From the IMG/VR virus record IMGVR_UViG_3300020578_000064, positions 1,725 to 65,724 of that record: a DNA stretch of 64,000 bases; one strand, given 5' to 3'. The stretch comes from a virus (Duplodnaviria > Caudoviricetes). The first letter of the stretch is position 1. The number at the start of each line of letters is the position of its first letter. Below are positions 28,354 to 38,004 of the stretch, one piece after another. Under the pieces are notes generated by a model, which saw only the letters and a list, made by a program, of their open reading frames with translations, ran no database searches and had not been told where the DNA came from. A program made the translations under genes and the position numbers.

Positions 28354-28748
28354 TGGCTATCAACTTCCCCGCAGCTACAGTGGTGGGGCAGACGTACACT
28401 GACCCGGCCTCGGGCAATACGTACGTGGCAGTCGCAGTTGGCCCCCCGGCCCAGTGGGTCGGCTCCGGTAGCACCAATAACCTGGACGGAACCTACTTCC
28501 GCGTCGACGCAACCAACGGCCCCCTGGGCAGCACGGTCACAGTGGATGGCAACATTCTGCCGAACACAGACAACGTCCGCAACCTCGGATCCACCTCACA
28601 GCGCTTCGCGAACATCTTCACGGGTGACCTTCACCTCAAGAATGACCGCGGCGACTGGACGATGATCGAGGAGGATCAATTCCTCACCCTGCGGAGCAAC
28701 AAGACCGGCAAAGTGTTCAAGCTCCTCATGGAAGAGGTCCAAGACTAA
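28353..28748 (+). CDS. short fibre-like protein
   Basis: MAINFPA...GQTY N-terminus; C-terminal FTGDLHLKNDRGDWT module. Confidence 0.7.
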   Translation: MAINFPAATVVGQTYTDPASGNTYVAVAVGPPAQWVGSGSTNNLDGTYFRVDATNGPLGSTVTVDGNILPNTDNVRNLGSTSQRFANIFTGDLHLKNDRGDWTMIEEDQFLTLRSNKTGKVFKLLMEEVQD

Positions 28749-29077
28749 TGGCGATCATCAGCACCACATCCCTCATCTCGTCCGTCAACGGTCAGAACCG
28801 TCTGGTGGTCGACAACGCCGGCAACGTCGAGATCCTTGGCAACAGCTCCCAGGCCGGCACCCTCAAGATCTTTGAGGACAGCGACAACGGCACGAACTAC
28901 GTCGCCCTGCAGGCACCCGCGTCCATCGCTTCGAACGTGACGTTCAAGCTCCCCAACGCGGACGGCTCGGCCGGCCAGGCGATCATCACTGACGGCGCCG
29001 GCAACCTGAGCTTCTCGAGCAGCCCCATCTCGACGACAGGCAAGTCGATCGCGATGACCCTGATCTTCGCCATCTGA
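28748..29077 (+). CDS. short fibre-like protein
   Basis: NGTNYVALQAPAS..FKLPNADG repeat; ends TTGKSIAMTLIF. Confidence 0.7.
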   Translation: MAIISTTSLISSVNGQNRLVVDNAGNVEILGNSSQAGTLKIFEDSDNGTNYVALQAPASIASNVTFKLPNADGSAGQAIITDGAGNLSFSSSPISTTGKSIAMTLIFAI

Positions 29078-29117
29078 TCAACCCCTTCCCCCACTAGATT
29101 TCACAGAGGACCAGAAA

Positions 29118-29510
29118 GTGGCCATCAACATCGTTAACGTCACCAACATCAACGGGAAGACGCTCGGCGCCGCGCTGACCGCCGCCGCACCCTCCCCCGC
29201 CCAGTCCGTCCTGACCAACCCGGCCGCGCCCGCCGCCGAGAAGCTGCTGAAGGTCAACTCCGTGTACGTCGCGAACGTGGACGGCACGTCTGCCGTCGAC
29301 GTGACCTGCTTCTTCTTCGACGCGAGCGCCACCCCGGCCGCCTCCAGCTACAAGGTCGCGAACACGATCTCCGTGCCCGCCGACTCCACCCTGGTGCTGG
29401 TAGACAAGACCGCCCCCCTCTACCTGGAGCAGGGCGACAAGCTGGACTTCATCACCTCCGACGCGACAAACGGCCTGGAAGTGGTGATCAGCTACGAAGA
29501 GATCAGCTGA
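29118..29510 (+). CDS. conserved beta-rich virion protein
   Basis: NIVNV..INGKT...KVNSVYVANVDG...TISVPADSTL...YLEQGD...ISYEEIS. Confidence 0.7.
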   Translation: MAINIVNVTNINGKTLGAALTAAAPSPAQSVLTNPAAPAAEKLLKVNSVYVANVDGTSAVDVTCFFFDASATPAASSYKVANTISVPADSTLVLVDKTAPLYLEQGDKLDFITSDATNGLEVVISYEEIS

Positions 29511-29544
29511 GATAGCTGACCGCACGAAACCCCGAGTCTAAACA

Positions 29545-30060
29545 ATGGCAGACCTGTACTCGCTACAGGGCCAGGAGCCGGAGCCGCTGCCCGAGAAGGT
29601 GCGGCTCCCCGACTCTGGCCTGACGCGCACGACCAAAGACATCACGCCCGAGCTGCTGGCATTCGCCGGCTGGTCGGGGCCCTACGAGCGTCCGACGGAC
29701 TTCGACGAGCGCACCCACAGGTGCGTGTGGTCGCCGGACGACATGGCGTACACAGTCGTCGAGAGGAGCTCGATCGACCTGCGGAACGCCAGGAATAGCG
29801 CTATTGCCCAGATGCGCCTCGAGCGCGATGATCTGCTGAATCTCAGCGATAGGCGCATCATGCCGTGGCTCGAGAAAAGCCTGCCCGCGCCCGAGGCGTG
29901 GCAGCGCTACCGCCAAGCCCTGAGGGACCTCCCACAGAGTACCGAAGACCCTTTCCAGATCCTCTGGCCGCGCGAGCCGATGCCGCACGAGATAGAGGAG
30001 GCCGCGCCGGCGCCAGAGGCGCCCAAGCCGCGCGCGCCGCGCCGCCGTAAGACCACCTGA
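29545..30060 (+). CDS. tail fibre assembly chaperone
   Basis: MRLERDDLLNLSD...WQRYRQALRDLPQ...PFQILWP..P motif. Confidence 0.8.
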   Translation: MADLYSLQGQEPEPLPEKVRLPDSGLTRTTKDITPELLAFAGWSGPYERPTDFDERTHRCVWSPDDMAYTVVERSSIDLRNARNSAIAQMRLERDDLLNLSDRRIMPWLEKSLPAPEAWQRYRQALRDLPQSTEDPFQILWPREPMPHEIEEAAPAPEAPKPRAPRRRKTT

Positions 30061-30077
30061 CCCGAGCAGAAGCCCCC

Positions 30078-30473
30078 ATGGCGTTCACGGTACAGCACAT
30101 CCGCTCCGGCGACTACGGGAGGCGCCCGACGCCGGACACGCTCGCCACGGGCCAGCTGGCTGTCAACTATAACACGCAGTCCACGGGCCTGTTCTTCAAG
30201 ACGGACACGGGCGCCCTCGTGAAGGTGGGCCCGACGTTCGTCGGCAACGACCCGCCGCCGCAGACCAACTACCTGGAGAGGTCCGTCGGCGAGATGTGGC
30301 TCGACACGAGCACGAACCCGACGCCGCTGCTGAAGGTCTGGCTCGCGACGGGCTGGGCGACCGTGAGCTCGCAGGTGACCCAGACGAGCGTCTTCATCCC
30401 GCCCACGACAACCACCGGGCTGCCTTCAGGTGCCGTTTGGAACAACAACGGGATCCTGACGATCGTTCCCTGA
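30078..30473 (+). CDS. protein consisting of the fibre N-terminal module alone
   Basis: VQHIRS...RRP...GQLAVN...GLFFK...KVGP...GEMWLD. Confidence 0.7.
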   Translation: MAFTVQHIRSGDYGRRPTPDTLATGQLAVNYNTQSTGLFFKTDTGALVKVGPTFVGNDPPPQTNYLERSVGEMWLDTSTNPTPLLKVWLATGWATVSSQVTQTSVFIPPTTTTGLPSGAVWNNNGILTIVP

Positions 30474-30482
30474 GGAGGATAG

Positions 30483-32192
30483 ATGTCAACCCAGATCCAG
30501 TTCCTCAGGACTGACCAGGTGCAGCTCAGGCCGGATCCCAACGTCCTGGCCAACGGCATGCCCCTGCTCAACTTCAACGAGCAGGAGCCAGGCCTATTCT
30601 TCAAAGCTCGCGACGGCTCGCTGTTCAAGGTCGGGCCGACGGCCGTGGGCCAGCTCGCCCCCAACTCCGGCGCGAACGGCTACCCCGGCAACACCGTCGG
30701 CGAGATGTGGCTCGACACGGCCGGCCAGTCGCCGATGCTGAAGGTGTTCGACGGCAACGCGTGGCTCCCCAGCTCGGACCCCGGCGGCGTGTCCAGCGTC
30801 GGTCTGTCGATGCCGACGGCCGTGTTCGAGGTCGAGAACGGCCCGATCACGACGGCCGGGACCCTCGAGGTCAACCTGATCCCGCAGGTCCGCAACCGCT
30901 TCCTGGGCGGCCCGGTCGAGGGCGCCGCCGCGGTGCCCACGTTCCGCGGTCTAGCCAACGAGGACATCCCGCCGCTCGACGGCAGCAAGATAGCCTCGGG
31001 CTTCGTCAACCAGGCTCGGATTCCGTCGCTCGACGCGACCAAGATCACGTCAGGCGTGTTCAACTCGGCCCGCATCCCAGGCATCGACGCGACCAAGATC
31101 ATCACCGGCGTCCTCCCGTACGCGCACGGCGGCACGGGCGTCAGCGGCACGCCCATGGGCGGCGAACTGCTCATCGGCGGCGTCTCGACCGGCTGGAACA
31201 AGGCCACGCTGACGCCCGGGAACGGCATCGCGATCCAGAACGGCGCGGGCAGCATCATGATCCGCGCCAACCCCGCCGGCGCCACCGGCGCGGTGCAATT
31301 CAACAACGGCGGCCTGGTCGGCGGGTCGAACACCTTCACATTCGACGGCGCCGCAAACATCCTCGACCTGACGGGCACCCTGAACGTCGAGGGCTCGGTG
31401 CTGCTGGAGTACGGGGCGTCCGCGTCCCCGGTTGAGTTCAAGTCGTCGACCGGCCTCGGCGTAGCCCTGAGGTCCCCGGCCGTGGTCCCCACGGCGTACG
31501 CCCTGACGCTGCCAGCCTCCATCCCGTCATCGTCCACGGACCTCCTGCTGAAGTCCGACGGGTCCGGCAATCTCTCCCTCTCGGACGCCATCAGGGTGGA
31601 CACCTTGCGCGTCCGCGAGCTACTCGAGGTCGAGAACCCGTTCACGGGCTTCGGTACGACCATCCGCGCGGCCACCGGCCTGGCGGCCGACTACGACCTA
31701 ACCCTGCCCGGCTCCCTGGGTTCAGGCGGCTTCGTCAAGACGACGGGCTCGGGCGAGCTCTCGGTCGACCCGGACGTCACCTGCTCCACGGTGACCGCCC
31801 CGGTCCTCGTGCAGTCGACTAACAGCCCCGGCCGGGACTTCGTCACCGGGGTTGCATCCCTGAGCGTGTCCTCGAACGGCACCTACACGCTCCTGGACAT
31901 CCCGGCGAGCGGCAGCGCGGCGAGCGTCAGCTTCACCGTGTTCGTCCACGACGAGACCGCGGCGGTCGGCACCGGCACCCTGACCGTGTCCTACAACGCG
32001 CACTACAACGGCTCGGCCGCCGCCATCAGCGCGGCGGGGAACAAGGTTGACAGCTGGTCGGGCACGGAGCCCACCTTCGCCGTGGACTACAGCGGCACGA
32101 ACTTCAGGATCCGCACGACCACGGCCAGCGGCAGTAACGAGTTGCGCTTCATGGTCAACTACAATTACGTGATCAACGTCGCCCCGGTCTAA
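30483..32192 (+). CDS. tail fibre protein
   Basis: N-terminal module plus three IPxLD.SKI/TKI.SG repeats; GAVQFNNGG. Confidence 0.75.
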   Translation: MSTQIQFLRTDQVQLRPDPNVLANGMPLLNFNEQEPGLFFKARDGSLFKVGPTAVGQLAPNSGANGYPGNTVGEMWLDTAGQSPMLKVFDGNAWLPSSDPGGVSSVGLSMPTAVFEVENGPITTAGTLEVNLIPQVRNRFLGGPVEGAAAVPTFRGLANEDIPPLDGSKIASGFVNQARIPSLDATKITSGVFNSARIPGIDATKIITGVLPYAHGGTGVSGTPMGGELLIGGVSTGWNKATLTPGNGIAIQNGAGSIMIRANPAGATGAVQFNNGGLVGGSNTFTFDGAANILDLTGTLNVEGSVLLEYGASASPVEFKSSTGLGVALRSPAVVPTAYALTLPASIPSSSTDLLLKSDGSGNLSLSDAIRVDTLRVRELLEVENPFTGFGTTIRAATGLAADYDLTLPGSLGSGGFVKTTGSGELSVDPDVTCSTVTAPVLVQSTNSPGRDFVTGVASLSVSSNGTYTLLDIPASGSAASVSFTVFVHDETAAVGTGTLTVSYNAHYNGSAAAISAAGNKVDSWSGTEPTFAVDYSGTNFRIRTTTASGSNELRFMVNYNYVINVAPV

Positions 32193-32938
32193 AAGTCGAG
32201 GTCTACCTCCTCGTCGCTCGTCTTCGCGAACGACCCGATCCTCCCGCTGGGCGTCTCGTATCCCGAGGCGCCCTTCGACCTATTGGCCGCCGCGCAGACG
32301 GCTATCAGCCTGGCGTTGTCCCCGTGGTACAGCGGCCAGGCGTCGTTGTACTTTGCCTCCTTGAAACGCTTAAGGTTCGGCGGGCCGACGAGGGCCATGT
32401 CGCAGTAGGTGAGGCCGAGCAGCTCGAGCCACTCGTCCGCGATCTGCACGAACGGCTTGCCGAGGTGGTCGATGTCGACGCGCATCCCCGGCCTCAGCTG
32501 CCGCCCCGTCACGTAGCACTCGATCGGGTACTGGAGCGTCTTGCGGTACGCCCTGAGCTGGCAGTCCACGAGCTGGCGCATGGCCGACCGGACGGCGGTC
32601 ACGTGCTTCCGCTCGAGGTTCGGGGCCCGCTTGGTCACCCTCGGCGGGTACAGCTGGTCCACGAGCTGGTTCTTCGGGACGGGCTGCTTGAACCCGTCCT
32701 GCCTGCGCAGCACCACCATCCGCACCTTCCTGGGCCCGCACGGGAAGTTCTCGACGACGACCTCGGTGCCTTCCTCGTTCGCCACCTTCGAGAACCGGTC
32801 GGCGAGGCGGCACGCCGTGATGATGAAGTCCCGCGGCTTCCCTATGATCTTGGAGCCCGCTCGGTACTGGTTGACGATGCGGGACAGCTTGTCCGAGAAC
32901 TCGCCCTTGTTGAGGCCGAAGGTCTCCTTTCCGATCAT
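32189..32938 (-). CDS. putative HNH-like endonuclease (DCL/DUF3223-like)
   Basis: CYVTG...DIDHLGKPF...WPLYH...LIAVCAAANRSKG; the only convincing minus-strand gene. Confidence 0.6.
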   Translation of the reverse strand: MIGKETFGLNKGEFSDKLSRIVNQYRAGSKIIGKPRDFIITACRLADRFSKVANEEGTEVVVENFPCGPRKVRMVVLRRQDGFKQPVPKNQLVDQLYPPRVTKRAPNLERKHVTAVRSAMRQLVDCQLRAYRKTLQYPIECYVTGRQLRPGMRVDIDHLGKPFVQIADEWLELLGLTYCDMALVGPPNLKRFKEAKYNDAWPLYHGDNARLIAVCAAANRSKGASGYETPSGRIGSFAKTSDEEVDLDF

Positions 32939-32970
32939 GGCGTCTCTACCGGCCCTGCCGGCGGCGTATA

Positions 32971-33492
32971 ATGGTCGCGTATAAAGCGAGGAACGATGGA
33001 CCCGTGAGCCACTTCTCCCCCGTACCGCCGGGGAGCAGGAAGTACGCTCCGAACTACAGGCAGGAGCTCGAGCACCTGGAGGCGCAACTCGTGAGGGTCA
33101 GCGGCCGGGTCAAAGAGTTCCGTGACCACGCCGAGCGCGCGGACCTCCGCTCGCTCCTGCTGGTGAACCTGATCATAACCCCTGTCCCGAGGGGCAGATC
33201 GATCAAGCTGTCCCACCTCTGGGTGCTCGAGAAGCACATCAGACGCACCGGGATAGAGCCGAAGCAGGGCCGGCGGATCACCTTCGTCGGCTCGGTGTAC
33301 GCGTACTTCAGACTCGGCGGCAAGTCCAAGCAGCGAGGGCTGCTCGGGTCGCACGACTTCTCGATCCTCCCCATGCACAGGGAGCAGATCGAGGCATTCA
33401 AACCAGGCATCAAACAACGCTATGAAATTGAAGACGAGGCCGACGGAGGAAGACCTCCTGGAGGTCAAGAGGCAGCAAGCCTCCTGGGCTAA
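32971..33492 (+). CDS. hypothetical protein
   Basis: 173 aa; start and end uncertain; TATAAT near 32967. Confidence 0.5.
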   Translation: MVAYKARNDGPVSHFSPVPPGSRKYAPNYRQELEHLEAQLVRVSGRVKEFRDHAERADLRSLLLVNLIITPVPRGRSIKLSHLWVLEKHIRRTGIEPKQGRRITFVGSVYAYFRLGGKSKQRGLLGSHDFSILPMHREQIEAFKPGIKQRYEIEDEADGGRPPGGQEAASLLG

Positions 33493-34048
33493 GGAGAGGC
33501 TGGCCGACCCGCGGACGCTGATCGTCGACGTCGAGACGACCGGCATCCTGTCGAAGGACCCCGAGACCGAGATCTGCCAGCTCTCGATGATCAACACGGA
33601 GGGCCGCCCGGTCCTCTCGATGCTGATCCAGCCAAACCGGCCCATCCCGCTGGAGGTGACGAAGATCCACGGCATCGACCAGCGGATGGTGGCGCACTGC
33701 CCGCCGTTCCAGGTCGTCGCCGACCTCGTCGCGGGGCTGATCCAGGGGCGCCACGTCGTCGCCTACAACGCCGCGTTCGACGTGCACCTGCTCACGCACA
33801 TGCTGACCAAGTACGGCTTCGAGGTCCCCGACTTCGAGACGTCCTGCGCGATGGAGGCCTACTCCGCGTGGTGCGGCGAGTGGATGAGCAGCAAGAAGGA
33901 CTGGAAGTGGCAGCGGCTCCCGAAACTCGCCTACGGCAGCGCGCACGACTCCCTCGTGGACTGCGCGTCGACGCTGCTGCTGCTCAAGAAGATGGCCGGC
34001 GACTTCAGCGACGAGCCGGCGCCCGAGGAACTCGACCTGGACTTCTGA
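33422..34048 (+). CDS. DEDDh 3'-5' exonuclease (DnaQ-like)
   Basis: IVDVETTG, IHGI, AYNAAFD, AHDSLVDC. Confidence 0.9.
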   Translation: MKLKTRPTEEDLLEVKRQQASWAKERLADPRTLIVDVETTGILSKDPETEICQLSMINTEGRPVLSMLIQPNRPIPLEVTKIHGIDQRMVAHCPPFQVVADLVAGLIQGRHVVAYNAAFDVHLLTHMLTKYGFEVPDFETSCAMEAYSAWCGEWMSSKKDWKWQRLPKLAYGSAHDSLVDCASTLLLLKKMAGDFSDEPAPEELDLDF

Positions 34049-34052
34049 CGCC

Positions 34053-34152
34053 ATGATGAGACTCCTAGAGTGGCTGCTCCGCGGCCACGTGCACTCGGTT
34101 CTACCTCCGGTGCAAGAAGTGCGGCTGGGTCCGCAAAATTGACTGCAAATGA
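34053..34152 (+). pseudogene. frameshifted small Zn-finger-like gene
   Basis: MMRLLEWLLRGHVH in one frame; RFYLRCKKCGWVRKIDCK* in another, ending in an ATGA overlap with the halogenase. Confidence 0.4.
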
Positions 34153-35702
34153 CGACAGAACTCAAGAGGATAGTCATCGTCGGCGGCGGGTCCGCAGGTT
34201 GGATGACCGCGGCAACGCTGCTGCGTTCGTGCCCAACGGTAGAGATTACGGTCGTTGAGAGCCCCGACGTGCCTGTGATCGGCGTCGGCGAGAGCACGCT
34301 GGGGCAGTTCAAGCTCTGGGCGCGGTACGTCGGCATCGAAGAGCGCGAATTCGTCCCGGCAACGGACGCGTCGTTCAAGCTCAGCATCAGGTTCACGGAC
34401 TTCAACGGGGTCGGGACCGGCTCCTTCCACTACCCGTTCGGGACGCCAGCGATCGAGCGCGGCACCTACGAGCCCAACGACTGGTTCGTGGCCGACGCTC
34501 TCGGCGCTGGTGGCAACCCGTCCTACGCCAGGGCGATGTTCCCGGCCACGGCCCTCGCCGAGCGCAACCGGATCAGCGGCGGGAGCGGCGGCGACCTCGC
34601 GCCGTACGACTACAATCTGGACGCAGCTTACCACTTCGACGCCGTGCGATTCGGCGCGTGGCTCGGGCAGAAGCACTGCGTCCCCGAGGGTGTAAGGCGC
34701 ATCGAGGGCACTGTAAAAGGTCACAGGCTCGGCGGGAACGGCATCGATGCGCTGATCATGGACGACGGCTCGGAGATCGCCGCAGACCTATATGTTGATT
34801 GCACCGGCTGGCGCAGCCTTCTGATCGGTGGGGCGATGTCCGAGCCCTTTAAGTCCTACCGGGGCATCCTCCCTAACAACAAGGCGTGGGCCGCGAGACT
34901 ACCGTACACCGACAAGGCCGCGCAATTGGAGCCATTCACGGACTGCACCGCGCTCGGCAACGGCTGGGTGTGGAACACGCCACTGTGGTCCCGGATCGGG
35001 TCGGGTTATGTGTACAGCGACGGGTACGTCTCTGATGACCAGGCCCTCACCGAGTTCATAGATCATCTGCGCGCAAAAGGCATCGAGCGGCCTGAGGACC
35101 TCAGCTTCCGCAAGCTCGGCATGAGGATCGGCATCCACGAGCGAACGTGGGTCAAGAATGTGGTCGCCATAGGGCTATCGGCTGGGTTCATCGAGCCCCT
35201 GGAGAGCAACGGGCTGCTGACGATCCACGAGTTCGCGCTGCTGCTCGGCGAGACGCTCGCGCGCAGATCGTTCAACCAGTGGGACCGCGACGCGTACAAC
35301 CAGAGAGTCTCGCAGCTGTTCGACGAGTTCGCGGCCTTCGTCTCCTTCCACTACGCGCTCAGCTCCAGGGACGACACGGAGTACTGGCGCGACGCGACCG
35401 AGCGCACGAGGCTCTCGGCCGGGCTCGATCTGGGCCGCGCCTCGTTCTCGAGCTACGCGGACTCGAGGCTGTTCTCGCGACGCTGGAACGAGTCGGCCGG
35501 CGGGATCTGCGTCTTCGCAGGCATGGGGCACAACCACCTACCGCGGCCGTTCCTCGAGCTAGAGGGCACGCGGACCGGCCTGGACTTCGAGAGCCTGGCC
35601 CGCAGGAGCTCGGCCTTCGCGTCCGATCGCTATAATCGCTGGGCGCGGGCCGCCGAGCGGTCGCCGCGCCTGATCGACTTCCTGAGAACCTACCACGAGT
35701 AA
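34149..35702 (+). CDS. flavin-dependent (tryptophan halogenase family) halogenase
   Basis: IVGGGSAGWMTA, IGVGEST, ASFKLSI (catalytic Lys position), AYHFDA, GWVWNTP, FIEPLESNG. Confidence 0.9.
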   Translation: MTTELKRIVIVGGGSAGWMTAATLLRSCPTVEITVVESPDVPVIGVGESTLGQFKLWARYVGIEEREFVPATDASFKLSIRFTDFNGVGTGSFHYPFGTPAIERGTYEPNDWFVADALGAGGNPSYARAMFPATALAERNRISGGSGGDLAPYDYNLDAAYHFDAVRFGAWLGQKHCVPEGVRRIEGTVKGHRLGGNGIDALIMDDGSEIAADLYVDCTGWRSLLIGGAMSEPFKSYRGILPNNKAWAARLPYTDKAAQLEPFTDCTALGNGWVWNTPLWSRIGSGYVYSDGYVSDDQALTEFIDHLRAKGIERPEDLSFRKLGMRIGIHERTWVKNVVAIGLSAGFIEPLESNGLLTIHEFALLLGETLARRSFNQWDRDAYNQRVSQLFDEFAAFVSFHYALSSRDDTEYWRDATERTRLSAGLDLGRASFSSYADSRLFSRRWNESAGGICVFAGMGHNHLPRPFLELEGTRTGLDFESLARRSSAFASDRYNRWARAAERSPRLIDFLRTYHE

Positions 35703-35705
35703 AGC

Positions 35706-35906
35706 ATGTCATACGCAGACAGGCGCGACCGCGCCATCGGGATCCTGATGGAGGAGATCCGGAAGGTCCCCGGCCAGGTCGAGGCCATCATCTGGGGCTG
35801 CGGCTCCGAACTCCACGAGATCTCCGAGGAGACCTATGAGTGGCTCGCCACGCTCAGACGCTTCCCTGTTCAACCGAGGCGGGAGGGCGGCGATGGGGAT
35901 GTTTGA
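35706..35906 (+). CDS. hypothetical protein
   Basis: 66 aa, fills the gap. Confidence 0.5.
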   Translation: MSYADRRDRAIGILMEEIRKVPGQVEAIIWGCGSELHEISEETYEWLATLRRFPVQPRREGGDGDV

Positions 35907-36297
35907 CTGGGTCAGGTGCGCCGCGCCGCTCGACGACCGCGTCGGGCCGGCCGACGTTTTCCAGTGCAAGGACCTCGACTGCTGCATGGACACGTACTGG
36001 GTGGACCCGGCGGGGCGGCTTTGGCGCCTCGACGAGTCCGGCACGTACGACATCGTGGAGGAGAGCGAGGAGGACATCCGACGCGCGAGGGAGAACCGGG
36101 AGTGGCTCCCGCCGTTCCGCCCGGTCCCCAACGGCAACCACGGTCGCGTCCTGCCGCACAGGCTGACCCGCACGATCTGCATCTACCCGTCGGACTGGCG
36201 GTCGAAGTGCAGGGACAGGCTACACCACTCGGACTGGCCCGAGTACGAACTGACATTCAGAGACGGAGAGCTCATCCTCACGCAATGCTTAAAGTAA
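35893..36297 (+). CDS. conserved phage hypothetical protein
   Basis: MGMFDWVRC...FQCKDLDCCMDTYWVDPAG.LW motif; start ATG 35893. Confidence 0.65.
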   Translation: MGMFDWVRCAAPLDDRVGPADVFQCKDLDCCMDTYWVDPAGRLWRLDESGTYDIVEESEEDIRRARENREWLPPFRPVPNGNHGRVLPHRLTRTICIYPSDWRSKCRDRLHHSDWPEYELTFRDGELILTQCLK

Positions 36298-37022
36298 CCG
36301 ACGAAGCTATCACGAATGACTCCGAGTGGATCGTCCGCGGATCGACAAAGGTGCGGCTTGTCAACGCGACTCCAAACCTTGATGAGACTGTGGCTTACGT
36401 GGCACGTGTATCAAGCAAGGCTCAGGAGAATCCATCCGTCGCCGGACTCCTCCGGTACTGCGCCAGGCACGGGCACTGGAGCGTCTTCGAGCAGGGGGCG
36501 GTGACCGTCGAGGTCGTCACCCCGCTAGCCATCTCCGTCCAGGCCCTGCGCCACCGGAGCTTCTGCTTCCAGCAGTTCAGCGGCCGGTACCAGGACCACA
36601 CCGCCATGGCCGAGGTGACTGAGGGGCTCGAGTGCACGATGCTCAACATGTTCTACATGCCGCAGGCCGCGCGCCTTCAGGACGAGAGGAACAGGCAAAA
36701 TAGCATCCACTCCGACGACGAGGCGCTCACCGAGTCCATGCGCGACGACTTCCGCATGGCGTACGAGACGGCCGTCGCCTGCTACACGTCGCTGATCGAC
36801 AAGGGGATCGCTAAGGAGCTGGCCAGGTTCGTGCTGCCGCAGGGGGTGTACACCCGCCTCTACGTCACCGGCAACCCGCGCTCTTTCATCCACTACTGCA
36901 ACGTCCGCGGCGAGGAGGGCGTCGTGCAGTGGGAGCACATCGAGATGGCCGACGCCATCAGGGCGGCGTTCGCGCAGGCTTGCCCGACGATCGCCGGATC
37001 TATCTGGGGCGCCGACGCGTAA
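36285..37022 (+). CDS. thyX: FAD-dependent thymidylate synthase ThyX
   Basis: ARVSS, HGHWSVFEQ, QALRHRSFCFQQFSGRY, RNRQNS, IAKELARFVLP; start ATG 36285. Confidence 0.93.
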   Translation: MLKVTDEAITNDSEWIVRGSTKVRLVNATPNLDETVAYVARVSSKAQENPSVAGLLRYCARHGHWSVFEQGAVTVEVVTPLAISVQALRHRSFCFQQFSGRYQDHTAMAEVTEGLECTMLNMFYMPQAARLQDERNRQNSIHSDDEALTESMRDDFRMAYETAVACYTSLIDKGIAKELARFVLPQGVYTRLYVTGNPRSFIHYCNVRGEEGVVQWEHIEMADAIRAAFAQACPTIAGSIWGADA

Positions 37023-37046
37023 GATAGGCGGGTATAGAGAGATACA

Positions 37047-38003
37047 ATGGCGCTGCGAGAGGAGTCCTTCAAGCTGGACTCCGATCCGGCGCCCCTCGTC
37101 GTCTTCGACTTCATGGTCGCGGCCTGGGGCGTGTTCGGCTACCTGCAATCCATCGAGCACCTCTACACCGAGGAGATGCTCCAGAAGATCACCAAGGCGC
37201 TGTGGGCGATCAAGGTGAACCGCGGCCCGGACATGCTCCCGCGCCACGGCTACAACGTCGTTGTCGTGTCCGACAAGCGGTATGAGGCCCACGGGACGTA
37301 CTGGCGCGGCGTCGAGATCAACAAGGACGAGCGCATGGAGATCGTCTGGGAGGAGTACTGCGAGGGCAAGGGCACCGACGTGTCCACCGTGGCGACGGGC
37401 TACAAGGGCAACCGCCGCGAGAAGGACGACAACTTCTACCAGGTCGTGGAGACCGGCTGGGAGTACTGCCAGCGGTACTTCCCGTGCTTCAAGGAGGAGG
37501 GGCTCGAGGCCGACGACTGGGCGGGCGCGATCTTCCGCATCTCGCGCGACACCCGCGGCGTGTGCCACGACCGGCAGGTCCTCCTGAGCACGATCGACCG
37601 CGACTGGTCGATGCTCGTCGACGAGTCGCACCGGGTCTACTGGGCCAACACGCGCATCCCGGGGCCGAAGGAGCGGATCCAGGAGCGGCTGGCCGGCGAG
37701 GACCAGGTGCTGCTCCACACCGAGATGAAGTTAGGAGTAAAAATAAAGCACCCGCGCTTCCTGGCGCACGCCAAGCAGGAGCAGGGCGACCTCGGCGACA
37801 ACCTGCCGCCGGGCTCCCCGCTCGAGTACTTCGACCTCTGCGAGCCCCACCCCAAGTACCGGGTGGAGGCGCTGGAGGACTACCCCAAGCTCGTGGAGGC
37901 CGTGAACGACCCGGCCCCGAACGTGATGCACGAGCACATGGACAAGGCGCTGGCGGCCTTCAGGAAGATCGGGCTGGAACCGCCCCCGTACTCCTTCTGC
38001 TAG
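37047..38003 (+). CDS. 5'-3' exonuclease / phage RNase H (FEN family)
   Basis: VVFDF, YWR, YKGNR, LEADDW, TIDRDW, GDLGDNL. Confidence 0.82.
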   Translation: MALREESFKLDSDPAPLVVFDFMVAAWGVFGYLQSIEHLYTEEMLQKITKALWAIKVNRGPDMLPRHGYNVVVVSDKRYEAHGTYWRGVEINKDERMEIVWEEYCEGKGTDVSTVATGYKGNRREKDDNFYQVVETGWEYCQRYFPCFKEEGLEADDWAGAIFRISRDTRGVCHDRQVLLSTIDRDWSMLVDESHRVYWANTRIPGPKERIQERLAGEDQVLLHTEMKLGVKIKHPRFLAHAKQEQGDLGDNLPPGSPLEYFDLCEPHPKYRVEALEDYPKLVEAVNDPAPNVMHEHMDKALAAFRKIGLEPPPYSFC

Positions 38004-38004
38004 A

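Noticed and set aside
194-32192. Possible diversity-generating retroelement, suggested by the Mtd-N-like domain and repeated fibre C-termini
   Set aside because: No reverse transcriptase is seen, and differences between copies are mostly synonymous rather than adenine-specific.
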